Made by a program: the position numbers and the translations under genes | Notes under the pieces: generated by a model | The model's database searches: none | What the model was told of the DNA's origin: nothing | Seen by the model: only the letters and a program-made list of their open reading frames with translations | Assembly (NCBI RefSeq): GCF_000237865.1 | Contig: NC_017459.1 | Span: 1,080,001 to 1,112,000 of the forward strand | Direction of reading: 5' to 3' | DNA from: Haloquadratum walsbyi C23 | GTDB taxonomy: Archaea > Halobacteriota > Halobacteria > Halobacteriales > Haloferacaceae | Length of the DNA: 32,000 nt | Part shown: positions 9,871 through 19,738 of the stretch, piece after piece | Position numbering within the stretch: position 1 is the first letter of the stretch | Layout of the letters: each line of letters opens with the position of its first letter

Positions 9871-10784
9871 TTTGCCCTCCCAATCAATGCATCAAGCAGC
9901 GCCATTCGAACCGGTACCCCATTGTGTGCTTGCTCGAAATACGCCGCATGTTCGGTCGTATCCACCTCTGGCGCGATTTCATCAACTCGCGGGAGCGGGT
10001 GCATCACGGTCAAATTATCGTCTGCATGTGATAAAATATCAGTATCGACACGATATTGTCCAGCGACTCTTTGATATTCATTTTCATCTGGGAACCGCTC
10101 ACGCTGAATTCGTGTGACATATAAGACATCAAGTTCGGGAAGTATTGACTCAATATCTGTATGTTCACGCACCTGTGAGCCGGAGTCATGAAGATCATAT
10201 CGTATATTTCGAGGGAGCTGAAGACTTTCAGGGCTGATGAAATGCTGTCGAACATCAAAATTACTCAATGCTGCGGCAAGTGAGTGAACCGTGCGACCAT
10301 ATTTTAAATCACCAGCGATTCCAACGGTGATTTCATCGAGTCCGACATTCTCTCGCATTGTATACAAATCTAAGAGTGTTTGTGTCGGATGCTGTCCGGC
10401 ACCGTCACCGGCGTTGATGACAGGAATATCAACGAATTCAGCAGCTAGCTTCGCTGCCCCTTCAGATGGATGTCGCAACACGATGGCGTCAGCGTATCCG
10501 GCAATGACACGAACCGTATCAGCGAGTGTCTCGCCCTTCGATATTGATGAGTTGTCGACGCTACCCATATCGATTGTGCGTCCACCGAGTCGTTTCATTG
10601 CAGCATCGAAACTCATACGCGTTCGAGTGCTTGGCTCAAAAAAACATAATCCAAGTACCGTCCCACTATATTGCGCCTCCCACCCATCTGGATTCATTTC
10701 AATCGCCGCCGCCCGGTCAAGAATGGTCTCGATATCCTCCCGTGATAATTGTGTTGTGGAGAGTAAGTGGTCCTGATGCATCAT
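9867..10784 (-). CDS. pyrB: aspartate carbamoyltransferase catalytic subunit
   Basis: Motifs [26 protein letters not shown] and HPLPRVDEI are present. Confidence 0.92.
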   Translation of the reverse strand: MMHQDHLLSTTQLSREDIETILDRAAAIEMNPDGWEAQYSGTVLGLCFFEPSTRTRMSFDAAMKRLGGRTIDMGSVDNSSISKGETLADTVRVIAGYADAIVLRHPSEGAAKLAAEFVDIPVINAGDGAGQHPTQTLLDLYTMRENVGLDEITVGIAGDLKYGRTVHSLAAALSNFDVRQHFISPESLQLPRNIRYDLHDSGSQVREHTDIESILPELDVLYVTRIQRERFPDENEYQRVAGQYRVDTDILSHADDNLTVMHPLPRVDEIAPEVDTTEHAAYFEQAHNGVPVRMALLDALIGRAK

Positions 10785-10980
10785 ATATGCCAGCGTGTGG
10801 AACTAACTTCAATGGCTCGGGATGGATTATTTTCCTTTTTATCTCTCCAACATTGCTGATAATTTCATTTTTTGATTTATATAGCGTGATCGTTCACTCA
10901 CATGTTTCAATATGCATGCAAATCTACAGTGTGCGGTTTTTGTCTCGATATGCAGAGATCACAGTACTTCTCAAAATCCG

Positions 10981-12240
10981 CTATGGCCACGTACCTTGTC
11001 GGTCGTATGCCTCAATAACTCGCTCAATCGCAACGGCATATGCAGCTGTTCGGAAGTTCGGGAGTTCACGTGACTCATACGCTTCAACAAGATCGTCAAA
11101 TGCATTCGTGATGATTGTCTCCAGTTCTTGTTTGACTCGTGATTCTGCCCAGTAGAATTGCTGTCGGTTTTGTACCCACTCAAAGTACGATACAGTGACT
11201 CCTCCAGCGTTTGCAAGGACATCTGGGAACACAGCGACATCACGGTCAGTTAATACAGCATCTGCATCCGGCGTTAACGGTCCATTTGCTGCTTCGACAA
11301 TCACATCAGCGCTAACATCGACTGCGATTGACTCATCAATAGCGTTCTCCAGTGCTGCTGGAATTAATACATCAACATCAAGCGTCAATAGCTCGCGATT
11401 TGAGCGAACCTCTGTTTCTGCTCCTTCATACTCGATAACTGAGCCTGTTTTACGTTTATGTGACTTCACTGCACGCGTATCTAATCCTGTTGGGTCGTAG
11501 ATTGCACCTGATGAGTCTGAAACAGCAACAACAGTTGCCCCTTGATCTTCAAGTAGCTCAGCAGCGACAGATCCGGCGTTACCATATCCTTGTACCGCAA
11601 TAGTTGCATCCGCAATATCTCGTCCACGATATGTGAATGCCTCTCGAGCGGTCAACATGGTCGACCGACCTGTTGCTCTGACACGACCCGCACTGCCACC
11701 TGCTGAGAGTGACTTTCCGGTGACAGTTCCTGGTGCAGTTGTATTCTCAAGCGTTTCGTATGTGTCTTTAATCCAGTCCATCTCTCGCTGTCCGGTGTTC
11801 ACATCTGGGGCTGGGATATCAACATCTGGACCAATCAGTGGACGAAGTTCGGTCGCGAATGAACGCGTCAATCGTTCTAATTCTCCAGCGGAATATCTAC
11901 TTGGGTCAACAGCAATACCTCCCTTTCCACCGCCGTATGGAATATCCACAAGTGCGCATTTGTATACCATCCATCCTGAGAGTGCCTTTACCTCATCGCG
12001 TGTGACACCTGGATGATACCGAATCCCTCCCTTGTATGGTCCGCGATCGCCATTGAACTGCGATCGAAATGATTTGAAATGTTCGATTGTCCCGTCATCC
12101 ATCTCAACAGACAAATTCGCTTCAAGAACGCGTTCAGGTCGTTTTAACCGCTCGACAAGGTCACTACGAACATCAAGATATGCTGATGCATCATCGATTT
12201 GTTCTTGTAAGCTCTCAAAGGGATTCGCCTCGGATGTCAT
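10981..12240 (-). CDS. gdhA: glutamate dehydrogenase
   Basis: Motifs [19 protein letters not shown] and the dinucleotide fold VQGYGNAGS are present. Confidence 0.92.
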   Translation of the reverse strand: MTSEANPFESLQEQIDDASAYLDVRSDLVERLKRPERVLEANLSVEMDDGTIEHFKSFRSQFNGDRGPYKGGIRYHPGVTRDEVKALSGWMVYKCALVDIPYGGGKGGIAVDPSRYSAGELERLTRSFATELRPLIGPDVDIPAPDVNTGQREMDWIKDTYETLENTTAPGTVTGKSLSAGGSAGRVRATGRSTMLTAREAFTYRGRDIADATIAVQGYGNAGSVAAELLEDQGATVVAVSDSSGAIYDPTGLDTRAVKSHKRKTGSVIEYEGAETEVRSNRELLTLDVDVLIPAALENAIDESIAVDVSADVIVEAANGPLTPDADAVLTDRDVAVFPDVLANAGGVTVSYFEWVQNRQQFYWAESRVKQELETIITNAFDDLVEAYESRELPNFRTAAYAVAIERVIEAYDRQGTWP

Positions 12241-12353
12241 ATGTCAAATTCGTGGGTCACCTCGGTTAAGAATATCGACCAAATGTGCAGTCGTGAGCGC
12301 TGAGAGCACTAAACTGCACTATCCAATCACAAATCAAGTTAAATCAACTATTT

Positions 12354-13271
12354 TCACTCGGAATCGGCTTTCCCTGCGAGCGCACCTTCGAGTCGCTCAA
12401 CGAGTGATGGTGTTCCGACGTAGACCGGTGTTCGATCATGAATATCGTTTGACTCGACCGCAAGCAATGATTGCGAGCCATCTGAAGAGGCTCCACCGGC
12501 ACACTCAATGATATATCCGATAGGATATCCCTCAAATTGAACACGAAGTTTTCCGGATGGGGCGTTCGTGAGCGCTGGATACCCGAAAATCCCACCATAT
12601 GTAAGTACCTGATTCACATCACCAACCATTGCCCCTCCGTATCGGAGCTTCATCGATGTGTCAGACTCAATATCACTCACAAATGAATTGAAATCACGAG
12701 GCCAATTTGGCACACGTCCACCAAAGCCATACACTGTTGGCTCAGATGGGACGCGTACTTCCTGTTCAATCGGTTCATAACTCCCATCTTGATAAATAAT
12801 ATAATCTGCGACATTACCCTCGACGGCTGCAACCATTGTTGTTGTTGCGCCATAGAGAACGTATGCTGCAGCAACGAGATCAGACCCACGTGCTGGAAGT
12901 GGCGCATCGTATACCGCTGCGATTGTTCCCATTGCAGCATTTGATTTCAGGTTTGAGGATCCATCAAGTGGGTCGATACAGACCGACAGTCCTGACCCGG
13001 TATCATCAGCTGATGAACGTTCCTCGCTGGCGTATTCTCCAATTCCGTCAAGCGAGCCAAGACGATTACGAAGAAGTTCATCAGCAAATACATCCGCCTC
13101 CATTGGTGATTCCCCAGATGGATTTTCCTCATTAGTTTTGACCCGTCTCCCTGGAAGCCCGTTTCGAATCTCTGGAGCCGTGCGAGCAAGTATATCGAGG
13201 ATTGAGTTTATTATTTCATCATCTGTAAGTGAAAATGACTCGGACTCGGAATCAGCTGTTGACTCAGTCAT
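12354..13271 (-). CDS. fbp: fructose-1,6-bisphosphatase, class I
   Basis: Motifs [21 protein letters not shown] and GGIFGYP are present. The ORF is open up to 13388. The ATG at 13271 ([10 protein letters not shown]...) is the more plausible start because the upstream 39 codons are basic and Cys-rich. Confidence 0.8.
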   Translation of the reverse strand: MTESTADSESESFSLTDDEIINSILDILARTAPEIRNGLPGRRVKTNEENPSGESPMEADVFADELLRNRLGSLDGIGEYASEERSSADDTGSGLSVCIDPLDGSSNLKSNAAMGTIAAVYDAPLPARGSDLVAAAYVLYGATTTMVAAVEGNVADYIIYQDGSYEPIEQEVRVPSEPTVYGFGGRVPNWPRDFNSFVSDIESDTSMKLRYGGAMVGDVNQVLTYGGIFGYPALTNAPSGKLRVQFEGYPIGYIIECAGGASSDGSQSLLAVESNDIHDRTPVYVGTPSLVERLEGALAGKADSE

Positions 13272-13541
13272 GTGTGAGTCAATTGACGAAGCCATTCGGT
13301 TAACATCTCCGGTGAAACACAACTTTTGTGACATTGTTATCATACAACGTAGATGACGGGCGGCTGTGATGAATGCCTGCATCACCACCGACAGGATGAA
13401 TCTGAGAGCCCTGAGACACTTAGCACCGGTGACGACCCCGATTTCCTCTGTGTGATAAGATACTATGATGGTACTTTCTCATAATAGCTGACATCTGAAC
13501 TAGTCGGAATATACAGGTAGTTCGATAATTATTCATATTGT

Positions 13542-13853
13542 ATGGGATTGGGAACAACTGCGAAGAAATTACAAAAAGTAACCGAGATGGCAGAAAATGT
13601 CTATCAGCGATTAAATGAACTGCGAACGCAGATCTCAGAAATGCGGGAGACGACCGGTGAGACGCAAGCTGCTGTTGACCGTCTTGAGACCGAAACCGCT
13701 GAGATTCGAGCCCTTGTTGAAGCAATCGCTGATGAGGAGGATATCGACACTGAAACTATCATCGCAAACGCGCATATCACCGAAGCAGAAGCAAAAGACT
13801 CCGGATCTGAATCTGAATCTGAATCTAAAGTCACCTCAGACGACCCGCAATAA
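13542..13853 (+). CDS. small coiled-coil acidic protein conserved in haloarchaea (function unknown)
   Basis: The sequence MGLGTTAKKLQKVTEMAENVYQRLNELRTQISEMRETTGETQAAVDRLETETAEIRALVEAIA has a heptad-like pattern. A SESESES tail follows. Confidence 0.6.
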   Translation: MGLGTTAKKLQKVTEMAENVYQRLNELRTQISEMRETTGETQAAVDRLETETAEIRALVEAIADEEDIDTETIIANAHITEAEAKDSGSESESESKVTSDDPQ

Positions 13854-14064
13854 CTCGCTCTCTGCTAGACTGTGTATTGAGTTGAGATCCTCAGCAACAT
13901 GCGACCATTGGGGTGAGTCTTAAGGGCTATACACAAGCCTGTGAGTCTCTTTTCATTTCTGATGATATTGAAGACTATCTGACAACATATACTGGTCACC
14001 CGCGAATATGGCTTGTACCATCGAGAAGTGCACACAGAGTGTAGTCTTCATAGACATGTTTCAA

Positions 14065-14553
14065 TCAACCTAGTGCATCAGAATCAGCTTTTGTGTGCGC
14101 TTCATGTGCAACTTTGAGACAGCGGTCCTGGACAACATCAATTCCTGTTTTGCTTGCTTTTGATGCTGCTGCATTATCTCTAATCCCACGCTGCAACCAG
14201 ATGATTTCCGAATCACCAACCTGAGTATGTCGTTCAATCACCGACTCAACGATACTTGCTACCTCCTCGCTCGGCCGAAAAACATTGATAACATCGATTG
14301 TGTAGTCATCTGGAACAGCCGAGAGTGAATCATACGCTGTGGTGTCGAAAATCTGTTTTGCAAACGGATTAATCGGAATGATATCGTATCCGTATTTGAT
14401 AAGATACGCAGGGACGTCATGTGCTGGTTTCCCTGGCGACGTTGAACATCCAATAACAGCAATCGTTGTTGCTGTCAGCGCTTGTTCAATGAGTTTATCT
14501 GTCGACTCCTCTTTTATTGTCATTGATTGAACCTCCGTTTGTGACTGATGCAC
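14065..14553 (-). CDS. CoA-binding domain protein (YccU-like)
   Basis: IAVIGCSTSPGKPAHDVPAYLIKYGYDIIPINP...IDVINVFRPSE...IWLQRG matches the CoA_binding_2 pattern. The start could instead be the internal ATG at 14523. Confidence 0.75.
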   Translation of the reverse strand: MHQSQTEVQSMTIKEESTDKLIEQALTATTIAVIGCSTSPGKPAHDVPAYLIKYGYDIIPINPFAKQIFDTTAYDSLSAVPDDYTIDVINVFRPSEEVASIVESVIERHTQVGDSEIIWLQRGIRDNAAASKASKTGIDVVQDRCLKVAHEAHTKADSDALG

Positions 14554-14646
14554 ATATAGATATAATGATTAGTATATTCTCTCTTATTCTTCACTTTACT
14601 CAATTGTTGATTTGACGCTCGGACCGTTTTCTTGATTGTAGATGAC

Positions 14647-15510
14647 TCATATTCCAGCAACGACCACAGCCCGCCCAACAACAAATGCTGCTGCTGCGAC
14701 GAACATCCCGCGCTTTAGTAGCTGTTGCCCTTGTGTGGGGTTGTCAGGCGCCTGCCATACTCCAATCAACATAATCATATCTGCAGGCACGACCAAAGTA
14801 AGATACCATATCCCAAAAATGCCTATAACGTATGGCACTATGCTTGCGATGACAGCAGCTAAAAGCACTCCTGTTGCAACGCGATATGCAGGTGTCACTC
14901 CAATCACAATCGGTAGTGTCTGAAGTCCTTCTTCACGATCACCGTCAAGATCCTCAATATCTTTAATAATCTCTCTGGTCGCTGTTGCGAGAGCAGCCAA
15001 AATAAACAGAACAACGACACCAAAATCGGTTATCCGACCAATCGCTGCGGCTCCAAATAAAAATGTTGAACCAGTAAGATATGCAACAATCGCATTTCCA
15101 ACACCAGGAAGACCCTTGAATAACTCGGTATATGCGACTAATGCGAGTAGATTCATCAGCGCAAGCACAATCGCAATCAGCGGAAGCACCGACGTTGAGA
15201 CGACTGCAGCAACAAACAAGAATCCACTGAATACAATAGCTCCTCGCTCACTGATAGCTCCACGAGGAATTGGTCTCATTGGGCGATTAATTTTGTCAAT
15301 TGCCCGATCGAAATAGTCATTAATCGCATTTCCAGCCGCAGTTGCGAATATCGTTGCCGCAACAGCACCGGTTACATGAGCAGTTGTCACTGCGAACCCT
15401 CCGGCGACGAATGCCCCAGTAAATGTGAGGACACCCGCTGCGACCGCGTTCCCAATCCGCATCAGGTCAATAGCCCCACGGATTGTCCCCCGGACATGAG
15501 TATCCATCAA
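14647..15510 (-). CDS. UbiA-family prenyltransferase, most likely digeranylgeranylglyceryl phosphate synthase
   Basis: Polytopic membrane protein with NAINDYFDRAIDKINRPMRPIPRG and a second Asp-rich motif, IKDIEDLDGDREEG. Confidence 0.8.
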   Translation of the reverse strand: MMDTHVRGTIRGAIDLMRIGNAVAAGVLTFTGAFVAGGFAVTTAHVTGAVAATIFATAAGNAINDYFDRAIDKINRPMRPIPRGAISERGAIVFSGFLFVAAVVSTSVLPLIAIVLALMNLLALVAYTELFKGLPGVGNAIVAYLTGSTFLFGAAAIGRITDFGVVVLFILAALATATREIIKDIEDLDGDREEGLQTLPIVIGVTPAYRVATGVLLAAVIASIVPYVIGIFGIWYLTLVVPADMIMLIGVWQAPDNPTQGQQLLKRGMFVAAAAFVVGRAVVVAGI

Positions 15511-15709
15511 TTTAATTTGCTATAATCGAGAAAATAAGTGACCCGAAATCATTTCTCGCCCTAACCAATATCTGTACTTGCAGACGATTTCGATAGCTCA
15601 GATTCACTGTATCGGTAATGATCACTGTATATTCGCTTGACCTCACGAACTATTCTTAATTGAATTCAGCTGTTTTCTTGATGAGTATTATTGACATCCT
15701 CCTCCGCGT

Positions 15710-15821
15710 ATAGTACTCCATGAAACATTTTGAACCATCGGTCCTACGCAACAGTATCAGCAGCTACTCTATGACAAGATTTTGAATTGAATTCCTCAAT
15801 AAGTTTTCAGGAGCACCAAAC
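15710..15821. repeat. 112-nt repeat element, copy 1, clamped by the 9-bp inverted repeat TCCTCCGCG (15700-15708) / CGCGGAGGA (15821-15829)
   Basis: Identical to 30258-30369 apart from 15799 A/G and 15819 A/G (constant offset 14548). Its own ends are imperfect inverted repeats: GTACTCCATGAAAC at 15713-15726 and GTTTTCAGGAGCAC at 15803-15816. Confidence 0.9.
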
Positions 15822-15825
15822 GCGG

Positions 15826-16360
15826 AGGAATCCTGAGCCTGAGCGTGAATGGTGGAGATTGCAGGTTTGCAGCTCCACCGAACCCCGGCACGGTGAGAGT
15901 TCGTGTGGGGTTCACGTACTGTGGCGAGTCGAGTGGGACTGCTGGGACTGCTGGGAGTGCCACATCTCAGCCCCCGGTACTCCTATCTCCCATCGTGTTC
16001 GGACTCCCGGAGTTGGTTGTGCCGGAGAATCCGGCAGATTTCGACGGCTCGGACTTACTTTCTGCGGTGTTTGCAAGCAGTCGGGCACTGCAACTGCAAC
16101 TGCATCGGTTCAGTATATTATATGAACCGACCGTTCACCTGACTGATTCCGATTCCTGTCTGAGTGCTTGGGGCGGACAGGCCGCCCTCGTCGGAGTGAC
16201 CGGAATCGCCCTGCTCTGTTCCCGATCTGATTCCTATCTACACATAGGCTTGCCTGTCACTTCAAGCTCCGGAGTCCCAAGTCTCAGCGTGGCTATTGCA
16301 GCGCAGATTTCCTCCGGGGTGTCGAATTCATCCTGTGGCTGGACCCGCAGGTATTCTTCT
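15826..16360. other. GC-rich orphan segment: decayed foreign gene remnant or structured RNA
   Basis: There is no TAA, TAG or TGA on the + strand from 15849 to 16122, so all three + frames are open. Perfect hairpins: TGCCGGA-GAA-TCCGGCA at 16020-16036 and CGGTTCA...TGAACCG at 16106-16128. Tandem repeats: GGGACTGCT at 15935-15955 and CTGCAA at 16088-16104. One minus frame reads QEEYLRVQPQDEFDTPEEICAAIATLRLGTPELEV but has 3 stops and no start. Confidence 0.4.
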
Positions 16361-16508
16361 TGACCCTATATAAGCAATAATACGATACGCACTTTCTCTG
16401 AGCAAGCTTTCCGAGATATGTTGTGTTCGTTCAATTATACGCAACGGTACAGCAGTGATGTCATTCACCGATGCAATGTATTATGCGTGTTGCACTAGTG
16501 ATACACAT

Positions 16509-16979
16509 ATGACAATATCTACTGGCGACTCTGTGACGATTGAGTATACTGCTCGGACAGGCGATGGTACTGTTTTCGACACTTCACGTCAGTCAATTGC
16601 AACAAAAACGGGGCTCACTGAGACACAACCCGACCGCGAGTATGAAGCATTTACATTCGAAGTTGGAGGCGGAATGGTCATCGAAGGACTTGATGAGGCA
16701 TTGATTGGACTTGAGGAGGGGGCTCGTTCCACTGTTACCGTCTCACCGAAGAGAGCATACGGTGAATGGAAACAAAGCCGCGTTCGCGAATATGATGCAG
16801 ATAATGTTGAGATAGCTGGTGGTACCATTGAGAAGGGTTCGCGTGTCAAATCTGATGATGGCACCGTTGCAAAAATCACACACGCTGGTCCGGATACCGT
16901 CCGAGTTGATCATAATAATCCACTTGCTGGCAATACGGTCCAATTTGAGGTTGAAATCGTTAGTGTAACCACCGCATGA
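16509..16979 (+). CDS. FKBP-type peptidyl-prolyl cis-trans isomerase (SlyD-like, no obvious metal-binding tail)
   Basis: Motifs GDSVTIEYTARTGDGTVFDTS and FEVGGGMVIEGLDEALIGLEEG are present, followed by an insert-in-flap region. The ORF is open from 16455, but the ATG at 16509 fits the family N-terminus. Confidence 0.85.
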   Translation: MTISTGDSVTIEYTARTGDGTVFDTSRQSIATKTGLTETQPDREYEAFTFEVGGGMVIEGLDEALIGLEEGARSTVTVSPKRAYGEWKQSRVREYDADNVEIAGGTIEKGSRVKSDDGTVAKITHAGPDTVRVDHNNPLAGNTVQFEVEIVSVTTA

Positions 16980-17259
16980 CATCCTCTGTGCCGCGAACGG
17001 CAGGATTCTCTCGCTATTAAAGATAAATTTGCTATTTCGAATCCAATTTCCAAGCATTCAATAAGCGTGTCCTCTATCGCTAAAAGATATTTGTGGCTGG
17101 ATATCACTACGCTGCACATGTTATTACAACATAGCATTACGTCCAGATCTAGCATCTATCTGATTAAATTGATAATATTCTTCATAATCTACACGGTTTT
17201 ATCATGATAAAAACTGATTGTGTATCCTGTTTGTGATGAAATAAGAAACACAGTAAAAA

Positions 17260-17335
17260 CGGGCCGGGAGGGATTTGAACCCTCGATCCTCTGGTTAAAA
17301 GCCAGATGCTTTGGGCCAATCTAAGCTACCAGCCC
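17260..17335 (-). tRNA. tRNA-Lys (anticodon UUU)
   Basis: Folded by hand. Acceptor GGGCUGG/CCGGCCC, D stem GCUU/AAGC, anticodon stem UCUGG/CCAGA with loop CUUUUAA, T arm GAGGG-UUCAAAU-CCCUC, discriminator G. No CCA is encoded. Confidence 0.9.
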
Positions 17336-17785
17336 ATATTGGATTCCTGGTAACTCAGGTATAAAAGGGCTTCAATTTATCATCTTGAATTCAACCGATT
17401 GAGACATGTGTATTATTACCACTATGTAAACTACCTCACCATACTTCTTGACGTTCCGCGCCTCGGTGCTTGAACTCGAGGGTTCCCCCTCAAAAATGCT
17501 GGCGAGTAACGCTATAATTGGTTTGAGATTGTCCGTTTGCTTGTTTTCAGAGTTATATTGCCGATCTTCAATGTAGAAATGTAAGATTGCCATACGAATC
17601 CACTATCAGTCAATCAATAACTTCACCCTTCAGATGCTCCGTCTTCACAGGTGGAAATCGACTCATCTGACATTCATTATCTCTCTGTCATACTGATTGA
17701 ATTCAGGAGATAATATGGCTCAGAAGCGCAGAGTAATAAAAAGAGAACAAGATTTAATCTTTTATCGAACAAGTCAACAAACACC

Positions 17786-18091
17786 ATGATAACTAAACTC
17801 GACGAAGAGGTGAATATGCTGAATCGTCACGTTGAGATCCTAAGGTTGGTCATTGATAATGAACCGATTGGCATTGTCACAATGTCAAATGAAACCGGAT
17901 ATGCGCATCACAAAGTTCGATATTCTCTCCGTATTCTTGAAGAGGAGAATCTCATCGACCCGTCCAGTCAGGGTGCAATTACGACTGAACAAACAAATGA
18001 ATTCGTTGAGAAACTGGATACCAGGCTTGATGAAGTTGAGAGCAAATTAATTGAGATGAAGATCGAAAACCCAGTGAATATTGAAAGTTAG
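17786..18091 (+). CDS. small HTH-domain transcription regulator conserved in haloarchaea
   Basis: RHVEILRLVIDNEPIGIVTMSNETGYAHHKVRYSLRILEEENLIDPSSQGAITT fits a winged-helix pattern, followed by a C-terminal coiled coil. Confidence 0.65.
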   Translation: MITKLDEEVNMLNRHVEILRLVIDNEPIGIVTMSNETGYAHHKVRYSLRILEEENLIDPSSQGAITTEQTNEFVEKLDTRLDEVESKLIEMKIENPVNIES

Positions 18092-18358
18092 GATTTACCG
18101 ATAGTTTCGTTTGAATACACTTTCTCCACTCGATTCCTCTGTCCGGCATGCTGATAGACAAGAGTGACAAATCGTAGTTAAATATCTCTGCGAACAATAT
18201 ATGCACTGTTGAATCCTGAGTGAAGCTGCGGTACCGAAGCAAAAAGTTAGCTCATAACGATAGTATCGCGAAGCTGGACGAAAGGCATGGGCGGTGCGAT
18301 GAGAAACAAACATAAAGGCCGATACATTGTAATTAGTTGAAGCCGAAAAACAACAACC

Positions 18359-18433
18359 GGGCGCTTAGCTCAGTTTGGACAGAGTGCTTGGCTTCGGACC
18401 AAGCTGTCGCGGGTTCAAATCCTGCAGCGCCCA
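18359..18433 (+). tRNA. tRNA-Arg (anticodon UCG)
   Basis: Folded by hand. Acceptor GGGCGCU/AGCGCCC, D stem GCUC/GAGU, anticodon stem CUUGG/CCAAG with loop CUUCGGA, T arm GCGGG-UUCAAAU-CCUGC, discriminator A. Confidence 0.9.
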
Positions 18434-18815
18434 TAGCCGCTCTCCTTATTCAGAATTCGCAGTACGGAAGCCGGTTGTTTATAAATACTGTCGACCTCCT
18501 AACTGCTGATTTCAGCCCGCTGCGGGTCGCACCCTTTCGCCGTCTTGGATTTCGCGAGATACGAGAGCCCGTAGGCTTATAATATATAAGCTTACAGACA
18601 AGCTTTTCAGAGATTGTACTGCTTGTTTTCGGTGTTCGTGACCCGCCTGCGTGTGCCGCTAAAACGGGTCTGTGCTCCCCCGCCCCTTACTGTTGACCCC
18701 GTTTTCTCAACCGAGAGAGCCGCATAGATCGATTCTTCTCTTCCTCGGGTCGCTTTCCCCACGGAGCACATTCCTCACAAGATAGCGGTCGCTACGCCGT
18801 CTGCTAGTTTTGGGT

Positions 18816-19340
18816 CTATACGATGTCGTTTTCTTCCTGATACCGGCGATAGTATGCCTTCTCGACGGTGCGGAGGTCAAAGTCGTCGGGGTTCCGGTCG
18901 CGGAGTTCCTCCAGTAACGTGGTGTAGTCACTACGTCGGAATCCACGGTCTTCTCCGAATAGCACCTCTATGATATAGCGGTCACCCACTGCGTAGGTTG
19001 TCGGATCGTAGAACGCCAGCACGACAGTCGCTGTCGCGTCACCGATGCCGGGGATCGAAGCGAGGGTCTGTAACTGGATCTTCGGGTCGTCCGGGAGGAG
19101 GGCCGCCTCCGTTACTCGTCGGACAAATCCCTTTGGGGTCGACCGCATCATTTCGATATGGCGATCCCTCCGACCAGGCTGGTTATCTAGTTTCCACTCC
19201 ACTACGCTTGCCAGTTCGTCCTGCGTGAGATACCCCTTCTCGTTGAGAGCCCCCCCAACTTCCTTTTCGATTTCCTGATGTTCGTCTGGGTAGCCGTCGC
19301 TATATCGCTCGCTGTAAGTCCGTATCTCGTCGGTATTCAT
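18816..19340 (-). CDS. helix-hairpin-helix protein, possibly OGG-fold/DNA-glycosylase-like
   Basis: 174-aa ORF. It has the HhH-like LASIPGIGDATATVVLAF followed by DPTTYAVGDRY. It is the first gene of the GC-rich region. The family assignment is from memory only. Confidence 0.6.
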   Translation of the reverse strand: MNTDEIRTYSERYSDGYPDEHQEIEKEVGGALNEKGYLTQDELASVVEWKLDNQPGRRDRHIEMMRSTPKGFVRRVTEAALLPDDPKIQLQTLASIPGIGDATATVVLAFYDPTTYAVGDRYIIEVLFGEDRGFRRSDYTTLLEELRDRNPDDFDLRTVEKAYYRRYQEENDIV

Positions 19341-19436
19341 ACCACCTATTACAGCCCTGCGTGTGATAGGTCTCCTGATACGGGGCTATCCGTCTCCGAC
19401 GCAGGTGTTATTGGTATACCGTTCCGAAGATTTTGT

Positions 19437-19571
19437 ATGCCTGAACGTCCCGACGAGGACGCAAGTGCCGCAGAGATAGCGCGGTGGATGGAGGAGGACT
19501 TCGGTGAAGCCCTCGCTGAAGGAATCGAGCAGGCCACCGAAGAAGACGAAGGCGACGAGCACGACGAGTGA
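19437..19571 (+). CDS. possible 44-aa highly acidic protein
   Basis: The internal ATG of ORF 19278..19571 gives MPERPDEDASAAEIARWMEEDFGEALAEGIEQATEEDEGDEHDE. It is divergent from 18816..19340. Confidence 0.3.
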   Translation: MPERPDEDASAAEIARWMEEDFGEALAEGIEQATEEDEGDEHDE

Positions 19572-19738
19572 GCCGGCACGACGCGCTACGCCTGTATGGG
19601 GTTGTGTAGATCTGGCTCTTGTGGACGTAACCCCCACACATTAGACACCACAAAGACCGCAAGCAGACTGACCTCCAAACCGTCGTTTAATCCTTTTCAG
19701 GTGGATTGAAGTAAACGGCGGCAGTTATATCTTGAATA

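Noticed and set aside
15650-15690. A partial resemblance of the sequence just upstream of repeat copy 1 (AATTGAATTC...GTTTTC) to the 3' part of the 112-nt element
   Set aside because: Only a 10-mer plus a 6-mer match, with different spacing. This might be a decayed older copy but is within what chance could give.
15720-15785. A 21-codon ORF (MKHFEPSVLRNSISSYSMTRF) conserved inside both copies of the 112-nt repeat
   Set aside because: Its conservation is explained by the near-identity of the DNA repeat. The peptide has no recognisable feature, and no upstream signal distinguishes it.
15826-16360. Identity as RNase P RNA, SRP (7S) RNA or an rRNA fragment
   Set aside because: I looked for the conserved GAGGAAAGUCC-type (RNase P) and GGAAG...AGCA helix-8-type (SRP) motifs on both strands and found neither. 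A proper Infernal scan is still needed.
15845-16363. A 172-aa + strand ORF (and two overlapping + ORFs) as real genes
   Set aside because: All three + frames are open at once, which points to compositional bias rather than coding. The products are Cys/Ser/Gly/Leu-rich with very few acidic residues, unlike every convincing protein in the window.
17372-17593. A 73-aa minus ORF next to tRNA-Lys
   Set aside because: It lies in an AT-rich spacer. The product is Ile/Asn/Lys-rich and non-acidic, with no motif, so it is probably non-coding.
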